Notes: generated by a model from the letters alone, not told the origin. Positions 34,041 through 44,394 are shown, counted from the stretch's first letter. The stretch is DNA of 64,000 bases from Armatimonadota bacterium (GCA_041690135.1 JAWLHY010000013.1:180921-244920), one strand, 5' to 3'. A program made the numbers and translations.

Positions 34041-35528
34041 GTGGAACCCGTCGAAGGCTTCACTCCCGAAGAAAGGGATCTCTTTATCCGCATCCTCCAG
34101 CGGATTTCGGAGGATCCTTCCGTCATCGCCGGCGACGAGCGGATGAAGGGGTTGATCGCGAAGATCCACCGCCGGGGCAGGAAGGGGGAGCGGTTGGCCA
34201 ACCGCAGCCTGCAGCAACAGCAGGACGGTGAGCTTCGCCGGCACACCGCAACTGTCCGCCGTGACCTCGAGTCTCGCCCGCTCGCGGAAGCTGATGCCAC
34301 CGCCGCAGCCCTGACCGTGGGCGCCCTCCACCGGCCGGCTTCCTGTTACATCTGCAAACAGCGCTACACGGAGCTCCACTTCTTCTACCATTCGCTCTGT
34401 CCCCCTTGCGCTTCGCGGAACTATGCACGTCGTACGCAGCGCGCCGACCTGTCCGGCCGGACGGTGCTCTTAACAGGCGGCCGGATCAAGATCGGGTATC
34501 AACTGGCCCTGAAGCTCCTGCGGGACGGGGCGCGGGTCATCCTCACCACCCGCTTCCCGGCGGACGCCCTCCGGCGCCTGGCCTCCGAGGGTGACTTCAC
34601 GGAGTGGCGGCACCGCGTGGAGATCGTGGGGCTGGACCTCCGCAACTTGCCGGCCGTGGAAGCTTTTGCGCACCGGCTGCTGGAGACGGAGCCCCACCTG
34701 GATATCCTCATCAACAACGCTGCGCAAACGATCAAACGTCCCCTCGCCTTCTACCGGCACCTTCTGGATCGGGAAGAAAGCCCCGCACTGCTGGAAGCGC
34801 TGCCCGGCTACCCGGCCGAACCCTTCTCTCGTTTCAGCACCGCTCCGGTGCTCCCAGTGAACGGAGCGGAACACGGGGAGATGCACTCCGGGCGTGAGAC
34901 AGTGGAGATCACCCCAACACCGATGTTGCCGCCGCCCACCGCTAGGGGCGATGGTGCCTGCGTGAGCGGGCTTCTGCCGGACCACCTCTTTTCCCCGCCC
35001 GGAGAATGCGATCCGGACGGCCAGCAGGTAGACCGCCGTCCCCAGAACAGTTGGGCTTTGCGCCAGCACGAGGTCACCACGCTGGAATTGCTCGAGGTGC
35101 ATCTCGTCAACGCGGTCGCTCCGTTCATCCTCTGCCGGGAACTGCGTCCGCTGTTCCTGCGCTCTCCCTTCTCACGGCGGTTCATCATCAACGTCTCCGC
35201 GATGGAAGGCCAGTTCGCGCGGCAGAGCAAGACGGAGCACCATCCGCACACCAACATGGCCAAGGCCGCGCTGAATATGCTGACCCGCACCGCCGCCGCG
35301 GACTTCGCCCGCGACGGGATCTCCATGAACAGCGTCGATACCGGCTGGATCACCGACGAAAAGCCCTTCGACCGCCGGAGGCAGCACCAGGAGGAGGGGT
35401 TCTTCACTCCGCTCGACGCGGTGGACGGCGCCGCTCGTGTCTACGACCCCGTAGTCCGCGGGCTAACGGAGGCGGACGAGCCGCTGTGGGGCCAGTTCTT
35501 GAAGGACTACGCGCCCCACCCCTGGTAG
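34041..35528 (+). CDS. Atypical SDR family oxidoreductase with N-terminal CxxC...CxxC zinc finger
   Basis: CYICK...CPPC, TGGRIKIG, NNAAQT, NVSAMEGQF, HPHTNMAKAALNM (no YxxxK tyrosine), VDTGWIT. Confidence 0.85.
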   Translation: MEPVEGFTPEERDLFIRILQRISEDPSVIAGDERMKGLIAKIHRRGRKGERLANRSLQQQQDGELRRHTATVRRDLESRPLAEADATAAALTVGALHRPASCYICKQRYTELHFFYHSLCPPCASRNYARRTQRADLSGRTVLLTGGRIKIGYQLALKLLRDGARVILTTRFPADALRRLASEGDFTEWRHRVEIVGLDLRNLPAVEAFAHRLLETEPHLDILINNAAQTIKRPLAFYRHLLDREESPALLEALPGYPAEPFSRFSTAPVLPVNGAEHGEMHSGRETVEITPTPMLPPPTARGDGACVSGLLPDHLFSPPGECDPDGQQVDRRPQNSWALRQHEVTTLELLEVHLVNAVAPFILCRELRPLFLRSPFSRRFIINVSAMEGQFARQSKTEHHPHTNMAKAALNMLTRTAAADFARDGISMNSVDTGWITDEKPFDRRRQHQEEGFFTPLDAVDGAARVYDPVVRGLTEADEPLWGQFLKDYAPHPW

Positions 35529-35569
35529 TCGGAGGCACGTCCTGGTCCAATCGCCAGGCGCGACGGGGA

Positions 35570-35632
35570 TGGAAGGGTGGGGTGTGGAAGAGTGGGAGTG
35601 TGGGAGTGTGGAAGAGTGGGAGTGTGGAAGGG
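35570..35632. repeat. Degenerate octamer repeat (GTGGGAGT/GTGGAAGA)
   Basis: Read directly between the SDR and LRR genes. Confidence 0.75.
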
Positions 35633-35639
35633 TAAAGGA

Positions 35640-36839
35640 ATGGAGAAGCAAGCTCCCGAGTCAGGCATGTCCGAGCGGTCAACGGAGATAGCGCCGATCC
35701 GCTGCCCCGTGGGCGATCCCTATGCCCTCGTTCCGTGTGATCCGGACGAGATCTCGCCCCTGCTTCAGCACCTTCTCAGCGATGCTGCGGTCGACGCTCC
35801 CGCGGTGTTTCCACGGGGGACCCTGCTTCCGGATGGGCGCCTCGACCTGTGCAAGCAGAGCCTTGGCCCCACCGGCTGTCGCATGGTAGTCCAGGGCGTC
35901 GCGCGGAGTGCCCGGGTGCGGAGCCTGCTGCTGGGAACCAACGCCATTGGGGACGCGGGCGTTGCCGACGTGGCGGACCTGATCTCCCGCAACCCCTCGG
36001 TGGAGATCCTCTACCTGGGCTGCAACCGGATCTCGGCAGCGGGTGCGGAGCGACTGGCCGAAGCCCTCTCCGGGAACACCACCGTCACCGGCCTGTGGCT
36101 GAAACGGAACCCACTCGGGCCCCCGGGTATGGCCGCACTGGCCGGCATGCTCCGGCGTAACCGTACCCTGCGCACCCTCGATCTGGTGAACACCCAGCCC
36201 GGAGCGGAAGGGTTGGCGGTCCTCCTCGACGCGCTGATCGAAGAGAACCGAACGGTGGAGCGCCTGTACCTCGGCGGCAACGGCGTCACGCCCGAAGTGG
36301 CGGAGCGCTTGAAGGAGCTCCTGCGCCGAAACCTGCGGGTTCGCGCTCTCCTGCTCAACGTCAACCCGTTGGGCGATGCCGGTGTCGAGGCCCTGGCGGA
36401 GGGTCTCCGGTCGAACCCTACCCTGGAGGAATTGGGGCTCGCCAGTTGCGGAGTTACTGGCGAGGGGGCGAGCCGGCTGTTCCAGGCGCTGGCGCGGCAC
36501 CCGGCCCTGCGTATTCTCGACCTCGGCTACAGCCCTTCCACACGGGTACTCGGAGCCGTGGGCAATTCCCTGGGCGATTCCGGGGCGGAGGCGGCCTCAA
36601 TGTTCCTGTCCGCCAATCCCCCACTCCGGCGGCTGAACTTGCAACGGAACGGTATCGGCGGGGAGGGCAGGCGGCGCCTGGCGGAAGCGCTCGGTGGCAA
36701 CACCCACCTCGTGGAGCTGACCCTGGACGGCACCCCGGATCCGCGGATCACGGCACGGCTGGAGCAGAACCGCGCCCGAACGGGAGAGGTGCCGGTTTGT
36801 TCTCCCGATGTGGCGCTGATCCGGAGCGTCTACCGGTAG
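35640..36839 (+). CDS. Ribonuclease-inhibitor/GALA-type leucine-rich repeat protein
   Basis: About ten 28-aa repeats of LxxLxLxxNxIgxxG (LLLGTNAIGDAG, LYLGCNRISAAG, LWLKRNPLGPPG); AAAGGA SD. Confidence 0.88.
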   Translation: MEKQAPESGMSERSTEIAPIRCPVGDPYALVPCDPDEISPLLQHLLSDAAVDAPAVFPRGTLLPDGRLDLCKQSLGPTGCRMVVQGVARSARVRSLLLGTNAIGDAGVADVADLISRNPSVEILYLGCNRISAAGAERLAEALSGNTTVTGLWLKRNPLGPPGMAALAGMLRRNRTLRTLDLVNTQPGAEGLAVLLDALIEENRTVERLYLGGNGVTPEVAERLKELLRRNLRVRALLLNVNPLGDAGVEALAEGLRSNPTLEELGLASCGVTGEGASRLFQALARHPALRILDLGYSPSTRVLGAVGNSLGDSGAEAASMFLSANPPLRRLNLQRNGIGGEGRRRLAEALGGNTHLVELTLDGTPDPRITARLEQNRARTGEVPVCSPDVALIRSVYR

Positions 36840-36845
36840 GAATGA

Positions 36846-37061
36846 GGCGGGCAAGATGCCCGTCCCACTCCTGTGCCAGCTCCTTCGCACTCGTGATCGA
36901 CTTCCTGGCGGGCGAGACGCCCGCCCCACTCCACCATTCAACGCTCACTACCCTGGGCACACGGGTCCGCAGTTGGCCGGCTCCAGATTCACGAGTGGCT
37001 ACGGTTTTGCACGCACTCATCCCTCCACCGGGGTCCTGGCGGGCAAGATGCCCGCGTTCCA
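36846..37061. repeat. Three REP palindromes GGCGGGC(A/G)AGA(T/C)GCCCG
   Basis: Copies at about 36846, 36907 and 37038 between convergent genes. Confidence 0.8.
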
Positions 37062-37066
37062 GCCAC

Positions 37067-39304
37067 TTACTTTTTCGCTGCGGGCATGGCAGCCGGCTTG
37101 GTGGCGGGCTTGGGAGCCTGTTGGTCCACCACGATCCGGAAGCCGAGGAAGTTGGCGCGGAAATCGGGGGCGGCGTGCTTCCGGCGGGCGGCTTCCAGGC
37201 CGTCGGCGGGATCGTTCCAGGCTCCGCCGCGATAGACGCGCTCCTTGCCTTGGCCCGGACCGGAAGGGTCTTTGACGGGAGACTGTCCATAGAAGTCCGG
37301 TGCGAACCAGTCGGCGCACCACTCCGCCACGTTGCCGGTGAAGTCGTGAGCTCCGGTCTGGCTCATCCCCATCATCCGCTGCCCGACGATCGCTGGTTTT
37401 TCCGCGCCGAACACGGCCCGTGAGGTATCGGGCTTCTGTCCGCCCCAGGCGAACGTGCGAGAATCCCGCCCGCGCGCGGCGTACTCCCATTCGGCTTCCG
37501 TGGGGAGTCTCCCGCCCGCCCACTTCGCATAAGCGGCGGCATCTTCCCAGGAGACGCCCACGACCGGTTGGGTCGGACCGTTGAACCGCGGGTCCTCCCA
37601 GTGCGGAGGTTCGCGGTGCCCTGTCGCTTCGACGAACCTCCGGTATTGGGCGTTCGTCACTTCATTAGAGTAGATCCAGAATGACCGCGAGAGGATTACC
37701 GGATGCGCGGGGAGATTCTCCGGCGCCCCTTCATCCAGGCCCATCCGGAGACCGCCGGAAGCGACCAGGACCATCTGGGCGCCATCCGCCGAGTTCGTGC
37801 GCGGCTCCGGTCGCATGTAGGGCTTGCCCTCGGGGATCGGTTTGTCGCTCAGATCCAGCGTAACCGAGGTGCTCCAGACCATGCGCTTCCCATCCTGGCG
37901 GATGCCCTCGTAGTAGGCGCGTACCATCACGGCCGGCTGGCCCTCCGCACGCGCCCGCGCGATGAGATCGTTGGGCAGGGGCAGCTCAAGACGATGCGAG
38001 AACACGCCGGTGGCGGGAAGCGCTTCTTTCGCCTCGATCGGCCCGAAGCTGCGGAGACCTTTACCGTTCGGGAGCACATACCGCAGCCAGCGCGCAATCA
38101 GGCGGACCGGATAAGCGCCGTACCGGAAGTGGAAGCTCACTGGGGCTCGCGATCCCGGATCGATCTGGGTCCGGTTCGGCACGGCGCGCAGGCCGCTCAA
38201 GCTGTCTTCGGGCTCGGCGGAGACCACGCCGGGCAGGGTCCGCGCCGGCGTGGCCCGTACCTCCGCGGAAAAGTCGGAGTAGCCCTTGGGCCCCCGGTAG
38301 CGGATACGATAGGCCACGGGCGTCCCGGCGGTGAGCCCGTTGTCGACAAAGGTGGTGGTATCGGGTTCCAGCACCGCTACCTGGGCGTAGCGGGCCATCC
38401 CGGCCTTGCGTTCGATCAGGACTTCCTGCTCATCGTTCGCCACGTCGGTCCAGTCCAACCTTACGCGGGTCCGGGTAATCGGCGTCAAGTGAACGTTGAT
38501 CGGCGCCGAGGGCACGTCCAGCAGCGTGGTCCCGTCCGCCTCATTGGAGGGGCTGGAGCTGCCGCCGGCGTTCTTCGCCGTTACCCGGTAAAAGTAGCGC
38601 GTGTTCGGGGTGAGGTTTTCGTCCAGGTAGGTGGTCGTATCCTTCGCCACCTTGCTCACCACCACGAAGGCGTCGTCCTTCTTCCGTTCCACCACGAACT
38701 CGGTCTCGTTGGTGCTGTGGTCCTGCCAGCGGAGCTCCAACTTCGAGGGAGACACCGCCCGGACCAGCAGATCGCCGGGAGCGTCCGGCACGGCGACGAG
38801 GGTCTTAACGGCCGCCTCGTTGGAGTAAGCCGGAACTCCGGCTTCGGCCGCTAGGCGGATGCGGTAGGTGTAGGCCGTGTCCGGGTCCAGGTTCTGGTCG
38901 GTGAACGACATCGTCCCCGGGGCCGTCTTCGCGATCACCGCGTACGGGCCGCTTGCCTTTCGCCGCTCGATGACGATTGGGAACGGCTGCGTGTTGCTGT
39001 CCTTCCAGGTCAGCCGGACCTGCGGGCCCGTGGCCGCTGCCGCGAGCATCGTGGGCGGTTGAGCGGGAGCGAGCAGGCGCGTCCCATCTGCTTCGCAGAA
39101 GTTGAATGTCAGGGCATAGGTGCGCTTGCATCGGGGACAGGTCTTCACCGTCGCGGGGGCGGCTGGTTTGGTGGCCGCCGGCTTCCGCACCGGCTTCTTG
39201 GGAGCGGGCGCGCGGGGCGCCGATACAGCGCTACCGGCTACCAGCACCGTGGCCGCAAGCACCCAGCCTTCGCTGCCTGGATTTCGCTTAGGACTCATCT
39301 TCAA
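37067..39304 (-). CDS. Secreted zinc ribbon + 3x fibronectin III + FGE-sulfatase (SUMF1-like) domain protein
   Basis: CPRC...FCEADG; LTWKD/LRWQD/LDWTD FN3 units; EVTNAQY, PVVGVSWEDA, RLPTEAEWEYAAR, GNVAEW, LGFR. Confidence 0.85.
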   Translation of the reverse strand: MKMSPKRNPGSEGWVLAATVLVAGSAVSAPRAPAPKKPVRKPAATKPAAPATVKTCPRCKRTYALTFNFCEADGTRLLAPAQPPTMLAAAATGPQVRLTWKDSNTQPFPIVIERRKASGPYAVIAKTAPGTMSFTDQNLDPDTAYTYRIRLAAEAGVPAYSNEAAVKTLVAVPDAPGDLLVRAVSPSKLELRWQDHSTNETEFVVERKKDDAFVVVSKVAKDTTTYLDENLTPNTRYFYRVTAKNAGGSSSPSNEADGTTLLDVPSAPINVHLTPITRTRVRLDWTDVANDEQEVLIERKAGMARYAQVAVLEPDTTTFVDNGLTAGTPVAYRIRYRGPKGYSDFSAEVRATPARTLPGVVSAEPEDSLSGLRAVPNRTQIDPGSRAPVSFHFRYGAYPVRLIARWLRYVLPNGKGLRSFGPIEAKEALPATGVFSHRLELPLPNDLIARARAEGQPAVMVRAYYEGIRQDGKRMVWSTSVTLDLSDKPIPEGKPYMRPEPRTNSADGAQMVLVASGGLRMGLDEGAPENLPAHPVILSRSFWIYSNEVTNAQYRRFVEATGHREPPHWEDPRFNGPTQPVVGVSWEDAAAYAKWAGGRLPTEAEWEYAARGRDSRTFAWGGQKPDTSRAVFGAEKPAIVGQRMMGMSQTGAHDFTGNVAEWCADWFAPDFYGQSPVKDPSGPGQGKERVYRGGAWNDPADGLEAARRKHAAPDFRANFLGFRIVVDQQAPKPATKPAAMPAAKK

Positions 39305-39313
39305 GCCTCCACT

Positions 39314-40522
39314 CTATAACGCTCGACCACAACTGCCGCAGAACCGGGTGCTGCCCCGGACCGTAGTACCGCAGCCACCGCAGAACCGCGTCTGCGGTGC
39401 GGCGGGAGCAACTCTCGGCGTCCGCTCGCGGTGGGCACGACAAAAACCTGCGGGCGCCGCGGCCGCGGTAAACATCCTTCGCACCGGGTTGGTGCAGTTC
39501 TCACCCGCGCGCAGACCGCTCGCGCGGCACACCACCACGGCCATCTGTGCCGGCGGGCGATGCTCCGTACAGGTGCCGGTCGGGACCTCGGTCCCGGCGA
39601 ACTTGCGGGTCACCTTCTTCGGGCAATGTTCGTTCGGAGGTAGACCGGAACCGGCACACACCTTGACCGGCACCTTCTCGTGACGGGTACACGTCTCCGT
39701 CGGGGCGGATGCCCCGGTGAACTCCCGCTCCACCACCTGGGGACAGTCCGGTGTGGCGCGCACACTGCTTGCCGAGCAGACGCGAACGGTGCGCGCCGGC
39801 TCCGCGGTGGCCTTCGCGGGCGCCAGACCGGCGGCACTTTGCGACTGCTGTGCGGCGGGAACGGTCCCGGTGCCGGCGCTGGCGGTCTGACCTTTGGTCT
39901 GGCCCACCTGCCACAGCATACCGGCGACGACGGCAGCGAGGCCTACGCCCCCGATCAACAGCATCGGCGATCTTCCCCGGCGTCTGGAGGGCGGTGTGGC
40001 GCGAAGACGGTCGGGCAGGTCGGTACTTTCGGTGGCAAGCACGGGAAGGATGGACGCAAATGCGACGGTGACCACCAGGTCGCCGGCCGCACCCCCGTGT
40101 TGCCCCGGAGCTCCTCGCCCTACCAGGCGGATAATCTGTCCCTCCTGGATGCCGGGGGGAACCGTCACCGCAACGTAGGCCTCCCCCACCTGCAGCATCT
40201 TCTCGGCGCCGCGGACCGCTTCTTCCGGTAAAACTTCCAGCCGGGCTTCCACATCCACTCCGCGCTCGGGCTCCGGCTCCACCTCCAGGCGGACCGAAAG
40301 GTTGCCCGGGCGTCCCCCGTTCAGGCCCGGCATTCCCCGTCCCGGCAGCCAGATCGCCTGGCCGTTCTTCACTCCGGAAGGGAGGTCGACTTTTTCCATG
40401 CGGTCGTCCACCCGGACCATACGGGCGCAACCATGCTTGGCTTCTTGCCAGGAGAGCTGAACGTCCACCACGACGTCTTCGCCACGGATGGGAGAATCGG
40501 CTGCCGGGAGCTCTTCGGACAT
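39314..40522 (-). CDS. Membrane protein with two DnaJ C-terminal-like domains, three Cys-rich repeats and a C-terminal zinc ribbon
   Basis: AAGGA SD before MSEEL; LPSGVKNGQAIWLPGRG and VPPGIQEGQIIRLVGRG; TM; 3x VC..SG...C...F...P..C..H; FCGGCG...FCGSCG. Confidence 0.75.
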   Translation of the reverse strand: MSEELPAADSPIRGEDVVVDVQLSWQEAKHGCARMVRVDDRMEKVDLPSGVKNGQAIWLPGRGMPGLNGGRPGNLSVRLEVEPEPERGVDVEARLEVLPEEAVRGAEKMLQVGEAYVAVTVPPGIQEGQIIRLVGRGAPGQHGGAAGDLVVTVAFASILPVLATESTDLPDRLRATPPSRRRGRSPMLLIGGVGLAAVVAGMLWQVGQTKGQTASAGTGTVPAAQQSQSAAGLAPAKATAEPARTVRVCSASSVRATPDCPQVVEREFTGASAPTETCTRHEKVPVKVCAGSGLPPNEHCPKKVTRKFAGTEVPTGTCTEHRPPAQMAVVVCRASGLRAGENCTNPVRRMFTAAAAPAGFCRAHRERTPRVAPAAPQTRFCGGCGTTVRGSTRFCGSCGRAL

Positions 40523-40892
40523 CTGCAATTCCTTCGCCCGGCACGACCGGGCGCAGAGGTTTCGTCGCGGAGGACCTGCTGGTAGGGGACGACCGCACAC
40601 CATGGGAGAAGAGAAGGGGTTCACCGCAGCAGTGCGGTAAAAACCATCCATCTGGATGTTTCCATATTGTGGCAAAAGTTTGCCAGCTCTTTACAACCAT
40701 TCAAGCCTAAGGTAGGAGTTTCCCCTTTCGCACTTCCGCCGGCTGGAGGATACTCACAGTAGTCCCTGGGCAGGATTGCCGCGGATCGCGGCATGCGCGA
40801 AGCGCCTTTCGGGTGCGGCCCAAGGTCAAGGTTCCGTGCTCGCTTGCCATCATTCGGCATGGGAGCGCAGGAGCGAGTGAGGCAGGCAGATC

Positions 40893-42839
40893 ATGGTTCG
40901 TGAGGAAAAACCCCGGATTCTGGTGCTGATCCGGTCCGCAACGTTGCTCCAGGCAGTCCAGGCAACGTTGGCAAGTGAAGTTACCCTGGCCGTGGAATCG
41001 GACGCTGCCGCGGCGGCGCTCACTATCGACGGCCTGCACCCACCGGATCTGGCGATTATCGATGGCGCGATCGCTTGGGGGGAGTTGGACCCGATCCGGG
41101 CGGCGGTGCGAGCTCCGTCCCGCACGCGCTACCTTCCGGTTCTGGCGCTTCTACCCGGCGGTGATGCCGAAACAGCACCGGGTTGCGACTGGGTGGACGA
41201 GGTGGTGATGGATGCTGCCGCGCATCCCCAGGCGCTGCTCGCCCGCGTCCGGACGCTGCTGCGGATCAAACAGGTCTGCGATAACGCTGCCGGGGAGCTC
41301 AAGCGCCTCACGGAGATCGGCATTGCGCTGGGAGCTGAACACAACCTCCACCGCCTCCTCGACCGGATCGTGAACGAAGCTCGCGCCATCAATCATGCCG
41401 AGGCGGGAACGCTTTACTCGGTGGATCGCGACGCGGGCGTCCTGCGCTTCCAGATCTTTCAGAACGAACGCCAGGGAACGCATTTCGCCGGCCGCGAAGG
41501 AAACGACCTCCCCCCCGTGCCGCTGAACCCCAAGAACGTGTCGGCCTACGTGGCGCTCACGGGCGAGATCGTGAATATCCCGGATGTTTACGAGGCGGAG
41601 GGGTTCGACTTCAGCGGTCCCCGGAAGTACGATGCCATGACGGGCTACCGCTCCCGCTCCATGCTGGTGGTTCCGATCCGCAGTCGCGAAGAGATCATTG
41701 GGGTGCTGCAACTGATCAACGCGCGCGATCCCCGCTTGGGAGAAGTAGCTCCCTTCCACGGCAGCAACGTGGAACGGACCTGCGCGCTGGCCTCCCAGGC
41801 GGGGGTCGCCCTGACCAATGCTCGCCTCATCAACGACCTGCAGGCCCTGCTCGAAGGACTTATCCAGATGATGGCGACCGCCATCGACGAAAAGTCCGCC
41901 TACACCGCCGGGCACGTACGCCGGGTCACCCGCCTCGCCCTGCTTCTGGCCGAAGCGGTCAACGGCACGACCTCCCCAGAATTTGCGGAACACCGTTTCA
42001 CGGCTTCCGAGATGGAAGAGCTGCGGATCGCCGGCCTGTTGCACGATATCGGCAAGATCGTGGTGCCCGAATACGTGGTCGACAAAGCCACCAAGCTGCA
42101 GACCATTCGCGACCGGATTGAGGAGATCCGGGTGCGGTTCGAATTGATCGGCACTTTGATGGAGAACGGCGCGCTCCGTCGGAAGTTTCAGCTGGCCGCC
42201 TCCGGGGCGTTGGCCTCGGAAGTGGCCGCGGTCGATGGCGAATTGTCCATGCAACGGGAGCAACTGGCGGCGGACCTCGCCTTTATCGAGGGGATCAACC
42301 GCGGTGGCGAGCACATGGCCCCGGAGAAACTCGAGCGCCTGGCGGCCATTGCCAACCGGACGTACTGGGACGCCCGGGGTCGCGAGCATTCCTACCTGAC
42401 GCAGGAGGAGGTCCGCAATCTCTCCATCTCCCGCGGCACGCTGCTGCCCGAAGAGCTGGCTGTCATCCGCTCCCATGCGGCCGTCTCCTACCGGCTGCTG
42501 CAGCAGATTCCGTTTCCACGCCAGCTCAGCCGGGTCCCCACGATCGCCGGCGAACACCACGAGACCCTGAATGGTACGGGGTATCCGGACGGGAAGACGG
42601 CCGAGACGCTGTCGCTGCAATCGCGCATCCTCGCCATCGCCGACATCTTCGATGCCCTGAGCGCCGCCGATCGACCTTATAAGAAGGCTTTTTCGCTGGA
42701 AGTCTGTCACCGCATCCTCCGCGAGGAGGCGGAGCGGGGCAAACTCGACGCGGCACTGGTCGAGTTGTTCATTGCCTCGGACTGCCACGGCCGGCTGCTG
42801 GCCGAACTCGCCTCGTGCCCGGACGACCCCTCCAATTAA
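40893..42839 (+). CDS. REC-like + GAF + HD-GYP cyclic-dinucleotide phosphodiesterase
   Basis: GYRSRSMLVVP...IGVLQLIN GAF; LHDIGK, HHETLNGTGYP, ADIFDAL. Confidence 0.9.
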   Translation: MVREEKPRILVLIRSATLLQAVQATLASEVTLAVESDAAAAALTIDGLHPPDLAIIDGAIAWGELDPIRAAVRAPSRTRYLPVLALLPGGDAETAPGCDWVDEVVMDAAAHPQALLARVRTLLRIKQVCDNAAGELKRLTEIGIALGAEHNLHRLLDRIVNEARAINHAEAGTLYSVDRDAGVLRFQIFQNERQGTHFAGREGNDLPPVPLNPKNVSAYVALTGEIVNIPDVYEAEGFDFSGPRKYDAMTGYRSRSMLVVPIRSREEIIGVLQLINARDPRLGEVAPFHGSNVERTCALASQAGVALTNARLINDLQALLEGLIQMMATAIDEKSAYTAGHVRRVTRLALLLAEAVNGTTSPEFAEHRFTASEMEELRIAGLLHDIGKIVVPEYVVDKATKLQTIRDRIEEIRVRFELIGTLMENGALRRKFQLAASGALASEVAAVDGELSMQREQLAADLAFIEGINRGGEHMAPEKLERLAAIANRTYWDARGREHSYLTQEEVRNLSISRGTLLPEELAVIRSHAAVSYRLLQQIPFPRQLSRVPTIAGEHHETLNGTGYPDGKTAETLSLQSRILAIADIFDALSAADRPYKKAFSLEVCHRILREEAERGKLDAALVELFIASDCHGRLLAELASCPDDPSN

Positions 42840-43044
42840 TGCCCGAAAGTGGGAACGGATTCGAAGGCATCAGGGTCTTAGAGGTGTTACGGGGCGGTGC
42901 GGGCCGGGTAAGATCGTGCCTGACGCCCCCGGACTCCTTCACCGGTCCGGGGTTGCCTCGGGGTCGTAGCCTTCTCCATCCAGCCGATCTCCGGCGCGGG
43001 ACTTCACGTGCCGGGCCGCAAAGCATCACGGAATAGATAAAACT

Positions 43045-43554
43045 TTGAATACGAAAAGAATCACCCGGTTCGGGTTTCTGGCCGCGGCCGGTCTGGCCAT
43101 CAGCAGTATGGTATTCGCCGCCCCCAGGGGCCGTGTGGAGAAAGGCCAGATGCCGCCGGACTTCACGGGGACGTCCCTGAGTGGCCAGAAGGTAACGTTG
43201 TCGGCGTACCGCGGTAAGAGCCCCGTGGTGCTGAACTTCTTCGCGGAGTTCTGCGGGCCATGCCGTCAGGAGTTTCCGCACCTGAAAGCCCTGGACGAGC
43301 AATATCGCGCCAAGGGTCTGAAGGTGATCGCGGTTTCGCTCGACGAAAGCCGGGATGCCGCGTCGTCGATTCCCAATGAGCACCGGGTCAAGTTCCCCGT
43401 GGTGTTCGACCCCAAAGGGACCATCGCCGCCAGTTACGGGGTGCAGGCCATCCCTCACACGTTGGTGATCGATCGCGACGGCAAGGTCCACAGCTCCATC
43501 ATTGGGCTGGACCTGAAGGCCCTCGACCGCGCGGTTGATAGCGTCATGAAGTAA
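43045..43554 (+). CDS. TlpA/ResA-like thiol-disulfide oxidoreductase
   Basis: Signal peptide, PDFT, NFFAEFCGPC, YGVQAIPHTLVIDRDG. Confidence 0.88.
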   Translation: MNTKRITRFGFLAAAGLAISSMVFAAPRGRVEKGQMPPDFTGTSLSGQKVTLSAYRGKSPVVLNFFAEFCGPCRQEFPHLKALDEQYRAKGLKVIAVSLDESRDAASSIPNEHRVKFPVVFDPKGTIAASYGVQAIPHTLVIDRDGKVHSSIIGLDLKALDRAVDSVMK

Positions 43555-44304
43555 TCAGCGGTTGCGGAAGAGATAGAATTCGCTTTTCCGGCCGGACTTG
43601 CGTTCCGCGGCATCCAGCCACCCGTGAAGGACCTCTACGGGCACGGCATAGGCGGCCCGCGAAATGCCGTCGACTCCGGGCACCTGGCGGCTACTAAGGA
43701 CGCCCACCACGGCGGCGTCCCGTAACCGCACCACCGGACTGCCGCTGTCTCCTCGTTCCACCTGGGTCTCCAGTTCGAGTAGTGTATCGAGCCTGCCGGC
43801 CGGATCTCGGAGCCGCACCCGACGCTTGAATCCGGCCGGCAGTCCGATCCGCTCGGCGGGGTCGCCCTCGGCGGATGGAGGCAGCGCGGCTCCCGCGACT
43901 ACGACCAACGCCTCGCGGTCCCGCAGGCTCGCACTGTCGCGAGCCAGTTCCACCGGCTTGAGTAGCAAGTTCGGCGCTCGGAGACCCAGGATGGCGAGGT
44001 CGTGGTCCATGTGGGTCTCCAGGACGTCGGCCCGATAGCCTACTCCATTGACCCACGCGGCGACGGACGCTACCTCGTCCACCACATGACCCGCGGTGAC
44101 CACCAGCCCCGGCCGGGCAAGAAAGCCGGTTCCGAATCCGTGCAGGTTGCCGCGTCCTGTCTTAACGACGACCACCTTTGTCCGCACCCGATCGACCGCT
44201 TCGCGGTGAGCCACGGACGAACCCCTTCCGTTCGCGGCTGTGGCTGTCACGGCGGCAACCGTCGCAAGGAGAATGCTGAGTGGGAGGCCAACGGGTAATC
44301 GCAT
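43555..44304 (-). CDS. Trypsin-like (S1) serine protease, secreted
   Basis: Catalytic triad motifs VVTAGHVV, DLAIL, GDSGSP. Confidence 0.85.
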   Translation of the reverse strand: MRLPVGLPLSILLATVAAVTATAANGRGSSVAHREAVDRVRTKVVVVKTGRGNLHGFGTGFLARPGLVVTAGHVVDEVASVAAWVNGVGYRADVLETHMDHDLAILGLRAPNLLLKPVELARDSASLRDREALVVVAGAALPPSAEGDPAERIGLPAGFKRRVRLRDPAGRLDTLLELETQVERGDSGSPVVRLRDAAVVGVLSSRQVPGVDGISRAAYAVPVEVLHGWLDAAERKSGRKSEFYLFRNR

Positions 44305-44394
44305 CGACGTATCTAATTCTCTGTCCGCTCCGGGATTGAGTTGCACTCTAGAGATTAGGCATACTTAGAGTCATTCGACACCCGTTGCCCCGTT

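Noticed and set aside
40600-40890. c-di-GMP riboswitch upstream of the HD-GYP gene
   Set aside because: Short hairpins are present but I could not match the GEMM-I or GEMM-II consensus.
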